DNA of 64,000 nucleotides from an uncultured Chloroflexia bacterium (GTDB taxonomy: Bacteria; Chloroflexota; Limnocylindria; Limnocylindrales; CSP1-4): the NCBI GenBank assembly GCA_963766735.1, contig CAVYBU010000004.1, positions 224,001 through 288,000 of the forward strand, in the 5' to 3' direction. Of this stretch, positions 35,614 through 45,087 are shown one piece after another (within the stretch, counting starts at the first letter, position 1; the number at the start of each line of letters is the position of its first letter). Position numbers and translations under genes: made by a program. Under the pieces are notes generated by a model, which was given only the letters and a program-made list of their open reading frames with translations, was not told the origin of the DNA and did no database searches.

Positions 35614-37214
35614 GGGGCGGCTCCCTCGTCGGGCGCATCGGCCGGCGCACGCCGGGTCGTCGCCGGTGCCGCGGCCAGCTCGATCGCCCTGCGCAAAGCC
35701 GCTGCCTTGTGCTCGGTCTCCTCGAACTCCAGCTCCGGGACGCTCCTGGCCACGATCCCGGCGCCCGTGTGCACGTGCGCCTGGCCGTCCTTGAGCACGG
35801 CACTCCGGATCGTGATCGCCGTGTCCAGGTTGCCGTCGTAGCCGAGATAGCCCACAGCTCCACCATACAGCCCGCGACGCTCGCCCTCGGCCGCGGCGAT
35901 GAGCTGCATCGCGCGGATCTTGGGGGCTCCGGTGAGGGTCCCGGCGGGGAACACGGATCGAAGCGCGTCCAGCGCGTCCAGCTCCGGGCGGAGGCGTGCC
36001 TCGACGTGGCTCACGAGGTGGAGCACGTGGCTGTAGCGCTCCACCTCCATGTACTGGCTGGTGGTTACCGTGCCGGCCCGGGCGACCCGGCCGAGGTCGT
36101 TGCGCCCGAGGTCCACCAGCATCACGTGCTCGGCACGCTCCTTGGGGTCTCCCCGGAGCTCGTCGGCCAGGCGGTCGTCTTCTGCGGGCGTGGCGCCGCG
36201 CGGCCGCGTGCCGGCGATGGGATGCGTGGTCATGCGGTCGCCCACGACCTGCAGCAACAGCTCCGGGCTGGCGCCCACGACCTCGAAATCCGGGGTCCGG
36301 GTGAAGAACAGGTACGGCGACGGGTTGACGCGGCGCAGCGCGCGGTAGAGGCCGATGCCGTCAAGGGGGCTCCCGTCCGCGAGGGTCGGGAGATCGAACG
36401 ACTGGCGGCGCGCGAGCACGACCTGGATCGCCTCCCCGGCAGCGATCGCGGACTTCGCCCTCTCCACGGCCCCGATGTACTCGTCGCGGCCGAGGCTCGT
36501 CTCGACCTCGCCCAGGTCTGTGGGCGGCGGTGCGTCCCCGGGGCGGGAGAAGGATGTGGCCATCTCGGTGGCGGATGGGCGCGCGGTCCGCTCCAGGGCC
36601 TCGAAGATCGCCCGCTCCGCGATGCGGTAGCGGCCCTCGAGGTCCGGAGCCTCCGTGTGGAGGGAGGCGATTGCGGAGAGCTGGTGCGTCAGGTGGTCGA
36701 AGACGAGGACCAGGTCCGTCTCGATGAAGGCGGCCAGCGGGACGCCCACGGGATCGTTCGTCGGGCGCGGCACGGACGGCTCGAAGGCGGAGACTGCGTC
36801 GTAGCTCAACGCACCCACCGCGCCTCCGGTGAACCGGGGCATCCCCTCGGTCGGGAGGACCCTGCGCTTTGGGACAAAGGCGCGGAGGGCTGAGAGCGGG
36901 TCCGCGGAAACCGTCTCGGTGACGGGGAGGTCCGGGGCATAGTCGACGACGCCAACCGGGCGGGAGGTGGTCCGGACGATACCGTCGGCGACCTCCAGGA
37001 GGCGGCGGGGGCCCACGCCCAGGAAGCTGTACCGGCCCAGGCGCTCGCCCCCTTCGACGGATTCGAGAAGGTACGCGGGGGTATGTCCATCGTCCAGGCG
37101 CAGGAACGCGCCGATGGGTGTCTCGAGGTCCGCGGTACGGGTCGCGCGCAGGAGCAACGTGTCGGCGCCACCGGCGAGGCGCTTGATCTCGTTCAGGCTC
37201 AGCGGGTCGGTCAT
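35610..37214 (-). CDS. trpE: Anthranilate synthase component I
   Basis: LLESVEGG, NPSPY, ASPE, PIAGTR, EHVMLVDLGRND, GAPKIRAM. Confidence 0.95.
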   Translation of the reverse strand: MTDPLSLNEIKRLAGGADTLLLRATRTADLETPIGAFLRLDDGHTPAYLLESVEGGERLGRYSFLGVGPRRLLEVADGIVRTTSRPVGVVDYAPDLPVTETVSADPLSALRAFVPKRRVLPTEGMPRFTGGAVGALSYDAVSAFEPSVPRPTNDPVGVPLAAFIETDLVLVFDHLTHQLSAIASLHTEAPDLEGRYRIAERAIFEALERTARPSATEMATSFSRPGDAPPPTDLGEVETSLGRDEYIGAVERAKSAIAAGEAIQVVLARRQSFDLPTLADGSPLDGIGLYRALRRVNPSPYLFFTRTPDFEVVGASPELLLQVVGDRMTTHPIAGTRPRGATPAEDDRLADELRGDPKERAEHVMLVDLGRNDLGRVARAGTVTTSQYMEVERYSHVLHLVSHVEARLRPELDALDALRSVFPAGTLTGAPKIRAMQLIAAAEGERRGLYGGAVGYLGYDGNLDTAITIRSAVLKDGQAHVHTGAGIVARSVPELEFEETEHKAAALRRAIELAAAPATTRRAPADAPDEGAAP

Positions 37215-37267
37215 TCGGTGCGTCCCTTCGTCGGTCGACGGCTCGGAGGCCGTCGGCACCCGAGAAT

Positions 37268-37310
37268 CAGAAAACGACCTGGTTCGTCTCTTCCGGGACG
37301 AAAGGTCGTT
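37268..37310 (-). terminator. T-box-controlled intrinsic terminator
   Basis: AACGACCT-TTCGTC...GACGAA-CC-AGGTCGTT followed by a short T-rich tail. Confidence 0.8.
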
Positions 37311-37608
37311 GACCCTCCGCGGTGCCACCCACGTTCGGCGCTGTGCCGCACTCATGACCGGCGGATCGTCCGGGGCTCCGACATTCCTCGCCCGGTCGAT
37401 CGATCGGCGCTGCCCTGTATCGCTGGCGCTCTGCGCCGGAGCCTACTGGTCGTCCGCTGCGTCCTCGTCCACTCGTGCGTCCGTCTTCACAGCCCCGCGT
37501 TCGGTCCGGGGGCTCCCGGGTCCATTCGCCGCCGCCGCCATCCCGGCTCGCACCAGCCGCCGGGTCTCTGGAATGGCGCTCGAGGGGTACTCGTCCCGAT
37601 CGATGCCC
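37268..37608 (-). promoter_or_regulatory. T-box riboswitch with Trp (UGG) specifier
   Basis: Stem I with AGTA, AGAGA and GGTGCGA motifs; specifier loop GAA-TGG-A (TGG at 37524-37522); T-box GGTGGCACCGCG (37329-37318). Confidence 0.92.
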
Positions 37609-37628
37609 GTATTCGTGATGTGGCGCGG

Positions 37629-37657
37629 AGTATGGGGCGGCTGCCCGGGAGCGTCAA
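37629..37657 (-). promoter_or_regulatory. Sigma70-type promoter of the trp leader
   Basis: TTGACG, 17-nt spacer, CATACT. Confidence 0.75.
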
Positions 37658-37722
37658 ATGGCGCCGGAGCGTCAAGAAGGCCAGGGCAGCGCGACGCGCC
37701 GCCCTGGATCGGGGCTCTGCGA

Positions 37723-38574
37723 TCAGCCGGGGCGAAGGGTGCCGGACCAGACCTGCCAGGCCAGGAGCGACTTGGCGACCAGGCTCAGGACCATGTACGT
37801 CTTCTCGCCGTACAGGTAGTCCTTCCAGCGGCCGATCTTCTTGTACTGGAGCACCATCGTGATCGCGAAGATGTTGAAGGCCACGAACAGGCTGGCGATG
37901 ATCACGTACACGAATGCCGGGATCGAGAGGTCCGCCGGCAGGCCCTCCTGGATGTTGTAGGCCCAGATGACCGAGCCGATCGCGATCCAGGGGACGATCC
38001 CCGCGATGCAGCCGAAGATGAAGTGCTTCCAGTCCGGCTTCTCGCGGCCCTCGTTGGCCGCCTCCATGCTCCAGCCGAACAGGTTCATGGCGGCGTTCAC
38101 CCCGGCGATCGCGATCAGCGCCGTGAACTCCGTGATGTAGCTGATGTAGGCGATCGCCACGATCATGACCGTGGACGAGAACGCGTACTCGACCCAGCGG
38201 AGCGGGTTCATGCCTCGCGCGAGCCACGCCTCGTACCGGGCGCGCAGGGGCCAGCCCGCGACGAAGTGCGCGAAGGCGCTCATCAGGAAGAAGCTGGCGA
38301 TCAGGTAGGCGAGCGGGAAGGAGAAGAGCACGACCTCGGTCGGCTCGACGCCTGAGAACGTGCCGTCCTCGAACACCGGCTTGATCGTGGGCACGATGGG
38401 CGCGAACAGGGCAGCCGTGCTCGAGATCAGGACCATAAGCAGGAACTGGCCGCCGTGCGCGAACACCAGGAACCGGTTCCAGCGGCGCAGCGAGCGGCTG
38501 CGCTCTTCCGGGATCGCGGGAGGGGCCGCAGTGGGGATGGATTGGGCGCCTGTGGCGCCGGCCTGGGCGGTCAT
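37723..38574 (-). CDS. heR: Heliorhodopsin
   Basis: LRRWN..H..Q in TM1, SAFAHF, NPLRWVEYAFSS, MNLFGW, YLYGEKTY..LSLVAKSLLAWQ with the retinal-binding Lys; about seven TM helices. Confidence 0.93.
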   Translation of the reverse strand: MTAQAGATGAQSIPTAAPPAIPEERSRSLRRWNRFLVFAHGGQFLLMVLISSTAALFAPIVPTIKPVFEDGTFSGVEPTEVVLFSFPLAYLIASFFLMSAFAHFVAGWPLRARYEAWLARGMNPLRWVEYAFSSTVMIVAIAYISYITEFTALIAIAGVNAAMNLFGWSMEAANEGREKPDWKHFIFGCIAGIVPWIAIGSVIWAYNIQEGLPADLSIPAFVYVIIASLFVAFNIFAITMVLQYKKIGRWKDYLYGEKTYMVLSLVAKSLLAWQVWSGTLRPG

Positions 38575-38646
38575 TGGGCTCGGTCTCCTGTTGGGCGTGC
38601 CCCAATTATGCGGCAGAGCGCGTCCGGCGGATGGGTCTGGCGTCGA

Positions 38647-39387
38647 TCATGGTAACGGAGCCATAGCCGCCACGAGCGAGTCCGGGTCCAGTGCGGCGAC
38701 CACGTCGGCGGGTCCGATGACCGAGATCAGGAGCGTGCCCGCCGGCGCCCCGATCACGTACTCGACCGCAGTCAGCGCCACCCCGTCGCGCGGCGCGAGC
38801 GTGTACGTGAGGCGCACGGCCTCGCCCAGCGGCGTGTCCACGCGCTCGCGGGCCGTCTCCTCGGCCCCGAACGCGTCCTGGAACCCGCCGCCGATGAACC
38901 CCGCCACGAGGTCCAGCAGCGGCCCGCTGACCGAAGGCTGCGCGACGAGCACGGCGACGTTGGCAGCCAGCGGGACGTCCGTGCCCGCGACCGAGGCATC
39001 GAAGGCAACGAGGGCCGGGACGGCCCGGTCGCCCATCTCGGCTGCGGCCGACAGCAGGGCGTCGGCGCCCGGATAGCGCGCAACGATATCGGCCCGCCGA
39101 TCCGGATCGTCCAGGGCCTCCGCATCTGCCTGCTCCCAGCCCTCAGGCACCGGCAGGCGGGCGCCGGCCGCGGGGACATCCACGAGCACGGTGCCCGACG
39201 GCGGCGGCGCCGGTGTCGTGGCCGACGTCGTGGCTGACGTCGGCGCCGCGGTGGTGAGCGGGGCGGTCGGCGAGGGCGACGGAGCTGGCGATGGAGAGGG
39301 CGATGGCGATGGGCCAATGCATCCCGCGGCCATCAGCCCGGCAAGTGCGAGCGTGGCCGAGACGGCCAGGACCGCGCGCAGCCTCAT
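38647..39387 (-). CDS. Putative lipoprotein with Pro/Ser/Thr linker
   Basis: Signal peptide ending AAGC, PSPSPSP linker, VPEGW motif; ATGA overlap with the adaptor gene. Confidence 0.75.
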   Translation of the reverse strand: MRLRAVLAVSATLALAGLMAAGCIGPSPSPSPSPAPSPSPTAPLTTAAPTSATTSATTPAPPPSGTVLVDVPAAGARLPVPEGWEQADAEALDDPDRRADIVARYPGADALLSAAAEMGDRAVPALVAFDASVAGTDVPLAANVAVLVAQPSVSGPLLDLVAGFIGGGFQDAFGAEETARERVDTPLGEAVRLTYTLAPRDGVALTAVEYVIGAPAGTLLISVIGPADVVAALDPDSLVAAMAPLP

Positions 39388-40400
39388 CCGCCGACCTTGA
39401 TCGCGACCGTGGCCGTCATGTTCCAGCGCACTCCGTCGGGCACGTCGCCGGCCGGGACCACCACCACCTCGTAGACGATCCCGCCCTGGCGGCTCTCGCC
39501 GTACGTGCCGACGCGCGCCACCGTCCCGGGGATGCTCGTGCCCGGGACGCCGTCGAGGGTGACGGCCGCCTCCGCGCCGACCTTGACGCCGGCGATCCCA
39601 CTCTCGTCGAGCTCCGTGACGAGGAACTCCCACGCCGACTCGTCCGCCAGCCGGACCAGGACCTGCCCCGGCGAGACGAGCGCCCCCTCGCGGACCGGGA
39701 GCGAGGCCACCGTGCCCGCGAAGGGTGCGCGCACGTTGAGCTCCTCGCGCGCGAGCTCCAGCGATGCGATGGCCGCCTCCGCCCTGCGGACATCGGCATC
39801 TGCGGCGTTGACGCCCTCGGCGGCTCCCGTCACGGCGGCCTTGGCAACGCTGACCTGCGCCCTGGCGGCGTTGCGGGCCGCCGTCGCCTCGCCCTTGCCG
39901 GCGTTCTTGTCCTTGGCCGTCTTGAGCGCCGCCTCGGCCCCGGCCAGGTTCGCCTCGGCGACGGCAACCTGCTCGTCGGCCTGCTTCTTCCCGGCCGCGG
40001 CCTGGGCGGACCGGGCGGCCGCGGCATCGACAGCCGCCCGCGCCCCGACGATCTCGGCGTCGATGGCCGCCGTATCGAGGGCGACGAGCACATCACCCGC
40101 GTCCACCGCGTCCCCCAGCGCGACCGCGACGTCGGACACGGTCCCACCTGCCTCGACCGCCAGCTCCGCGGTCCGGATGGGTACCGCCACGCCGTCGGCC
40201 ACGACCTCATCGGCGATCGTCACCGCCGGCGGCGTGCCGCCCCCATCGGGCGACGTGGTCGCCGCTGCGGAGCCGGACGAGCTGCCGGCGAACACGCCCA
40301 GCATCGCCGCCACCACCACGACGGTGACGACGGCCGCCAGGCCCAGGAGGAGGACGAGCCGCCGGCTCGTGCCGCGGTCGGGGGCAGGGGTTGCGCTCAT
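39384..40400 (-). CDS. Efflux periplasmic adaptor (HlyD/MacA family)
   Basis: N-terminal TM, GDAVDAGDVLVALD and RAPFAGTV lipoyl half-motifs around an Ala-rich coiled coil. Confidence 0.88.
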   Translation of the reverse strand: MSATPAPDRGTSRRLVLLLGLAAVVTVVVVAAMLGVFAGSSSGSAAATTSPDGGGTPPAVTIADEVVADGVAVPIRTAELAVEAGGTVSDVAVALGDAVDAGDVLVALDTAAIDAEIVGARAAVDAAAARSAQAAAGKKQADEQVAVAEANLAGAEAALKTAKDKNAGKGEATAARNAARAQVSVAKAAVTGAAEGVNAADADVRRAEAAIASLELAREELNVRAPFAGTVASLPVREGALVSPGQVLVRLADESAWEFLVTELDESGIAGVKVGAEAAVTLDGVPGTSIPGTVARVGTYGESRQGGIVYEVVVVPAGDVPDGVRWNMTATVAIKVGG

Positions 40401-42784
40401 TCGTATGCGAGGACCTCTCGGACGCTGGTGCGGGCCGCGCGCCAGGCGGGTAGCAGGCTGCCAACGACGGCCAGCCAGAAGACAACGATGAACCACAGGA
40501 CGAGTCCCTGCGCGCTGATCTCGAAGGCCAGGGGCCGCTGGACGAACGCCTGGCCCAGCGCGTCCGACAGCACCTTGCTGGCCGGGATCGCCAGCGCGGC
40601 CCCGATCAGCCACGCCAGGAGCCCGATGAGCAGGCCCTCCGCCAGGAACAGGAGGAGCACGGCCGTATCGCTGGCCCCGACGGCACGGATGACGCCGATC
40701 TCCCGGGAGCGCTCGACGACGTTCATCGTCATCGTCCCTGCCAGCCCCAGACCTCCGACGACGCCGAGCAGCACGGCCATTGCGGAGATGAACAGCACGA
40801 GCGTGTCGAACAGCGTGAACAGGGTCGTCGTGACGTCGCTGGTGGTGGTCGTGGCCGAGACGCCGATGCCGGCCGCCTCCAGCCGGTCGCGGACCGCGGC
40901 CCCGATCCGAGCCTGGGCCGCGGGCGAGTGGTCGTCCGTGCCGACCATCACGATCCCCGCCCGACCGGTGTCGCCGAGGCTCCGCTCGAGGGCCGGGGTG
41001 CCGAGATACAGGAATGGCACCATCGTCGGGGACTGCACGATGCCCACGAGCGTCCACGGAATGTCGCGGCCGGCGATCCGCAGCGTGACCTCGTCGCCGA
41101 TCGCGAGGTCCGGCTCGTCGCCAAGCAGGTTGGCCGTGGCGACCAGTGCATTGCCCTCGCCGGGCAGGAGCCAGCGGCCCTGCATCACGACGGGACGTAC
41201 CGTGGTGGCGCCGTCGGGCAGACCGAAGGTGACCCGGGTCGGGCTCTCCGAGCCGTCCGGGCGGATCCGCTGGGCGCTCGCAAACCGCCACGGCTCGGCG
41301 ACGGTCACGCCCTGGACGGCCAGCGCCTCCGCGACGACCGTCGAGGCCTTGACGGGCTCGGTCAGCTCCACCTGGACGTCGTAGTTGAAGTAGCGGACGG
41401 TGTCGTCGAGGGTTGCATAGAGTGAGTCGCGGACCGTGAACACCGTCATGAACACCATGCCGCCCACCGCCAGCGCGGTCAGGGTGAGCGCCAGCCGGAC
41501 CTTGCGCCGGAACGTGTTGCGGATGGAGAGCAGCGTCGGGCGCGACAGGCCCCGGAGTCGGGCGAGGACGCGGTCCAGCCGGCCGTGGCCGAAGTGCTCG
41601 CCGGCGCCGGGGTCGCGGAGGGCCTCGCGGACGGTCATCCGGCCGCCGCGCCACACCGGGATGGCCGCTGCGACGATCGGGATCCCGACGGCCACGGCGA
41701 CCTCGAGCGCGATCGTCTCCGGCGGCACGAGGGCGTGGACCACGTCGAAGTTGAGCAGGCCGCTCGCGAGACTGGCCAGCCCGTAGGCGGCCAGGGCGGC
41801 GAGCGGGATCGCGATGAGCGCCGCCAGCAGGCCGTAGGCCACGACGAGCGCGAGGTAGATGCCGGCCACCTGCCGGTCGCGCGCCCCGATGGCCTTCATG
41901 ATCCCGACCTGGCGCACCTGCTGGCCGATGATCACGGAAACGGTGTTCGCCACCAGGAACCCGGCCATGAGCAGGCTCAGAAGCCCGATCCCGCCCAGAA
42001 CCACGAACACCGCGGCGAGCAGCTCGTTGGCGGGATGCTTGCCGGGCTCCGGGACCAGCGAGAACGTCACCGGATAGCCGGCCTTCTCGATCCGCAGCCG
42101 CACGTCGTCCGCGATGGCCGCCGCCTCCGTGGTGGTCGCAGCGGGGTCGTCCAGGCGGATCCTCACCTCGTTGAACGAGTCGTCCCAGCCCAGGTCCTTG
42201 AGCGTGTCGAAGGTCACGTAGGCGTTGAGCCGGCCGAAGTAGTACGCGGGTGATGCCCCGGGCTCGTGGGCAAGTCCCGCTATGGTCAGGTCGTGCTCCT
42301 TCCCCCCCGGGGCCCGGATGCGGATCGCCTGGCCGGCGGCCACGTCCACCAGCCGCAGGGCGGACCGCTCGAAGGCCACCTCGCCCTCGGCGGGCGGGAA
42401 GGTGCCCGTCTGGCGGCGGACGAGGTCGATGCGCTGGCCCTCGAAGTCCGGCAACGCCGTCAGCAGCATCTCACGCGAGGTGCCGTCGTCCGCGAGCAGC
42501 CGGACCACGACGCTTCGTCGCCCCTCGGCCTCGTCCACGCCGGGCATGCCCCGGATGACGTCCACGAGCTCGCGGTCGAAGCCCATGCCGGTGAACAGCG
42601 TGGCCGCCGCGGGTCGGGTCGCGGCGAACCCCTGCTCGAGGTTGCGCCGGAGGAGCGCCTCGGCCCCGGCCGTGGTGCCGACGGCGAACGCCCCGATCGC
42701 GATCGACGCGACGACGAGCGCGGTGCGCGCGCGGTACTGGCCAAGGTCGCCCCGGACCTTCCGCCAGCGGACGCCGATCGCCAT
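40397..42784 (-). CDS. FtsX/MacB-type ABC transporter permease (double unit)
   Basis: QVRQVGIMKAIGA, VERSREIGVIRAVGA, PAWRAAR. Confidence 0.9.
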   Translation of the reverse strand: MAIGVRWRKVRGDLGQYRARTALVVASIAIGAFAVGTTAGAEALLRRNLEQGFAATRPAAATLFTGMGFDRELVDVIRGMPGVDEAEGRRSVVVRLLADDGTSREMLLTALPDFEGQRIDLVRRQTGTFPPAEGEVAFERSALRLVDVAAGQAIRIRAPGGKEHDLTIAGLAHEPGASPAYYFGRLNAYVTFDTLKDLGWDDSFNEVRIRLDDPAATTTEAAAIADDVRLRIEKAGYPVTFSLVPEPGKHPANELLAAVFVVLGGIGLLSLLMAGFLVANTVSVIIGQQVRQVGIMKAIGARDRQVAGIYLALVVAYGLLAALIAIPLAALAAYGLASLASGLLNFDVVHALVPPETIALEVAVAVGIPIVAAAIPVWRGGRMTVREALRDPGAGEHFGHGRLDRVLARLRGLSRPTLLSIRNTFRRKVRLALTLTALAVGGMVFMTVFTVRDSLYATLDDTVRYFNYDVQVELTEPVKASTVVAEALAVQGVTVAEPWRFASAQRIRPDGSESPTRVTFGLPDGATTVRPVVMQGRWLLPGEGNALVATANLLGDEPDLAIGDEVTLRIAGRDIPWTLVGIVQSPTMVPFLYLGTPALERSLGDTGRAGIVMVGTDDHSPAAQARIGAAVRDRLEAAGIGVSATTTTSDVTTTLFTLFDTLVLFISAMAVLLGVVGGLGLAGTMTMNVVERSREIGVIRAVGASDTAVLLLFLAEGLLIGLLAWLIGAALAIPASKVLSDALGQAFVQRPLAFEISAQGLVLWFIVVFWLAVVGSLLPAWRAARTSVREVLAYE

Positions 42785-42793
42785 GGCCCGTTG

Positions 42794-43528
42794 CTACCCC
42801 GCCGGCGAGCGGAGCCGCTTGACCAGGGCCGGGATCGAGTAGTTGTCCATGGCCCGGCCGAGCCTGGCGCTCATGCCGTACTCCGCCACCACCTCCTCGT
42901 TGGTCGGCGCGTTGGGCAGCTTGATCATCACCGCGTACTGGCGGAACTCGGGGATCATCGCGATCGCCCACATGGCCAGGCCGGAGACCATGAAGGCGAC
43001 GGCCGCTGGATCGCCGGTCGTCACCCACAGCCAGGGCACCATCAGGATGAACCCGGTCCACTCCAGCACCAGGATGTTGCCGGCGAAGAACCCGATGACC
43101 ATCCCCAGGGTGAGCATGAGGACCAGCCCGACCGGGTCGATGACGAGCAGGGCGCCCATGATGGCGGACTCGCCCCGGCCGCCCTTGAAGCGGTGGTAGA
43201 CGGGCCAGTTGTGGCCGGCGACGCCCGCGGCCGCCGCGAGGTACAGGTATGGCTCCCCCGGGTACAGGAGGCGCAGCACGAGCACCGGGATCGCCACCTT
43301 GGCCATGTCCAGCAGCGACACGAGGAGTCCATACCGCTTGCCCAGCTTCATGCGCACCGACGTGGCGCTCACCGCGTCGCTGGTGAACGTGACCCCGTCG
43401 CCCACCTCGGTGACGATGTACGTCACGTCCACGGTGCGATCGACCCGCCGGGCGACGAGGCGCGCGAACGAGATGGATCCCAGCAGGTAGCCGGCAGCGG
43501 CAGAGGCGAGCGCGACGACAGGGTCCAT
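42794..43528 (-). CDS. PlsY-like membrane acyltransferase with divergent motifs
   Basis: [14 protein letters not shown] and [15 protein letters not shown] match PlsY; motif 1 and the motif 3 His are not recognisable. Confidence 0.75.
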   Translation of the reverse strand: MDPVVALASAAAGYLLGSISFARLVARRVDRTVDVTYIVTEVGDGVTFTSDAVSATSVRMKLGKRYGLLVSLLDMAKVAIPVLVLRLLYPGEPYLYLAAAAGVAGHNWPVYHRFKGGRGESAIMGALLVIDPVGLVLMLTLGMVIGFFAGNILVLEWTGFILMVPWLWVTTGDPAAVAFMVSGLAMWAIAMIPEFRQYAVMIKLPNAPTNEEVVAEYGMSARLGRAMDNYSIPALVKRLRSPAG

Positions 43529-43633
43529 GGCTCAGGCCTCCTCCTCGCGATGCGGGCCCGCGACGGATCTGCGCGAGGCTCCCCCGCCGTTCACCGCTGA
43601 CCGGACGGCGACTTGGCGGGCACGATTGTCTGG

Positions 43634-43719
43634 TGGCGGCGAGGGTGGGATTCGAACCCACGGGACTCTCGCCCGGCGCTTTTCAAGAGCGCTGCCATAG
43701 ACCACTCGGCCACCTCGCC
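43634..43719 (-). tRNA. tRNA-Ser, anticodon TGA
   Basis: GGCGAGG acceptor stem, arm GCGCT-CTTGAAA-AGCGC, variable arm, encoded CCA; extended -10 TG-G-TATCCT at 43735-43727. Confidence 0.93.
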
Positions 43720-43782
43720 GCGGACGAGGATACCAGCAGGCTCCGCACGGACGGCGGGCGCGTTCCCCGGTATCGTTCGCCC

Positions 43783-44520
43783 GTGATCCGCGCACCCTTC
43801 GCCGACCGCGACCTCGCACACGGCCACCTGATCGACCTCCGGGACGTGGTCAAGGACTACGTCACCGACGCCGGGCCGTTCCGCGCCCTCAAGGAGGTGT
43901 CGCTCCAGGTGGACTCGGGCGAGTTCATCGCAGTGGTGGGTCGGAGCGGATCCGGCAAGTCCACGCTGATGAACATGATCACGGGCATCGACCGGCCCAC
44001 CGCCGGCTCGCTGGTCGTCGGCGGCACGAACCTGGCCAGCCTGTCCGAGGGCCGCATGGCGCAATGGCGCGGCCGGACGTGCGGGGTCATCTTCCAGTTC
44101 TTCCAGCTGCTGCCCACGCTGACCGTGGTCGAGAACGTGATGCTGCCAATGGACTTCGCGGGCCTGTGGTCTGCGAAGGAGCGCTACGAGCGGGCGATGC
44201 ACCTGCTCGAGCTGGTGGGGCTCGACGACCAGGCGCGCAAGCTCCCGGCGTCCACCTCAGGGGGTCAGCAGCAGCGCGCGGCGATCGCGCGCTCGCTCGC
44301 CAACGACCCCCCGATCATCGTGGCGGACGAGCCCACCGGGAACCTCGACGAGGTCACGGCCGAGGAGGTCTTCGTCCTGTTCCAGACGCTGGTCGCCGAG
44401 GGCCGGACGATCGTGATGGTGACGCACGACCATGAGCTCGCGGAACGGACGCGCCGGACGGTCCACATGGTGGACGGGCGGATCCTGGACGGGACGCTGG
44501 AGGAGACACCGGCCGCCTGA
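43783..44520 (+). CDS. ABC transporter ATP-binding protein (LolD/MacB family)
   Basis: [37 protein letters not shown]; GTG 6 nt after TATCGT. Confidence 0.92.
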   Translation: MIRAPFADRDLAHGHLIDLRDVVKDYVTDAGPFRALKEVSLQVDSGEFIAVVGRSGSGKSTLMNMITGIDRPTAGSLVVGGTNLASLSEGRMAQWRGRTCGVIFQFFQLLPTLTVVENVMLPMDFAGLWSAKERYERAMHLLELVGLDDQARKLPASTSGGQQQRAAIARSLANDPPIIVADEPTGNLDEVTAEEVFVLFQTLVAEGRTIVMVTHDHELAERTRRTVHMVDGRILDGTLEETPAA

Positions 44521-44561
44521 CCGGCAAGACTGCCGCAGCCAGATGCCGCTCGGGTGCTGCC

Positions 44562-45044
44562 CTACACCTCGACGACGCAGGTGCCGGCGATCAGGTCGTG
44601 CCAGCCGCGCTTGCGCGCGTCGATGAAGATCCAGATGAAGCCGAGATAGAAGACGATGGCGCTGATCCAGTAGCCGATCAGGCGCAGGATCGCGGAGCTC
44701 CAGCCGATGGGGCCGCCGTCCACATCCCGGACGACGCGGATCCGCATGACCCTCATCCCGGGAGTCTGGCCAGCGTTCTTCACCCAGAAGTACGGGAAGT
44801 ACAGGAAGGCGACCGCCAGGACGGCGAGGATGAGCACGATGACGCTGCCCCCGGCCAGGACATTCAGGTCGTTGGCGCCCGCGATGCCGGCGATGATGCC
44901 GAACACGGCCGTCACGGCCAGCGAGACGAAGCCCGCGACGAAGCCGTCGATCCAGTAGGCGATGAGCCGTGCGACGGCGCCTCCAAACCTGACGCCGGGT
45001 GCCGGGCCGGCCGGTACCGGAGCAGGCGGCAAAGGCTGAGCCAT
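44562..45044 (-). CDS. RDD family membrane protein
   Basis: ARLIAYWID, GQTPGMR, RGWHDLIAGT. Confidence 0.9.
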   Translation of the reverse strand: MAQPLPPAPVPAGPAPGVRFGGAVARLIAYWIDGFVAGFVSLAVTAVFGIIAGIAGANDLNVLAGGSVIVLILAVLAVAFLYFPYFWVKNAGQTPGMRVMRIRVVRDVDGGPIGWSSAILRLIGYWISAIVFYLGFIWIFIDARKRGWHDLIAGTCVVEV

Positions 45045-45087
45045 ACGGAAGTCCTCCCTGGAACCGCGCGCCGGAGGAGATCAGCCC

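Noticed and set aside
43634-43719. Possible tRNA-Sec or opal suppressor
   Set aside because: The anticodon is TGA (reads UCA, Ser), not TCA, and the acceptor stem is a normal 7 bp.
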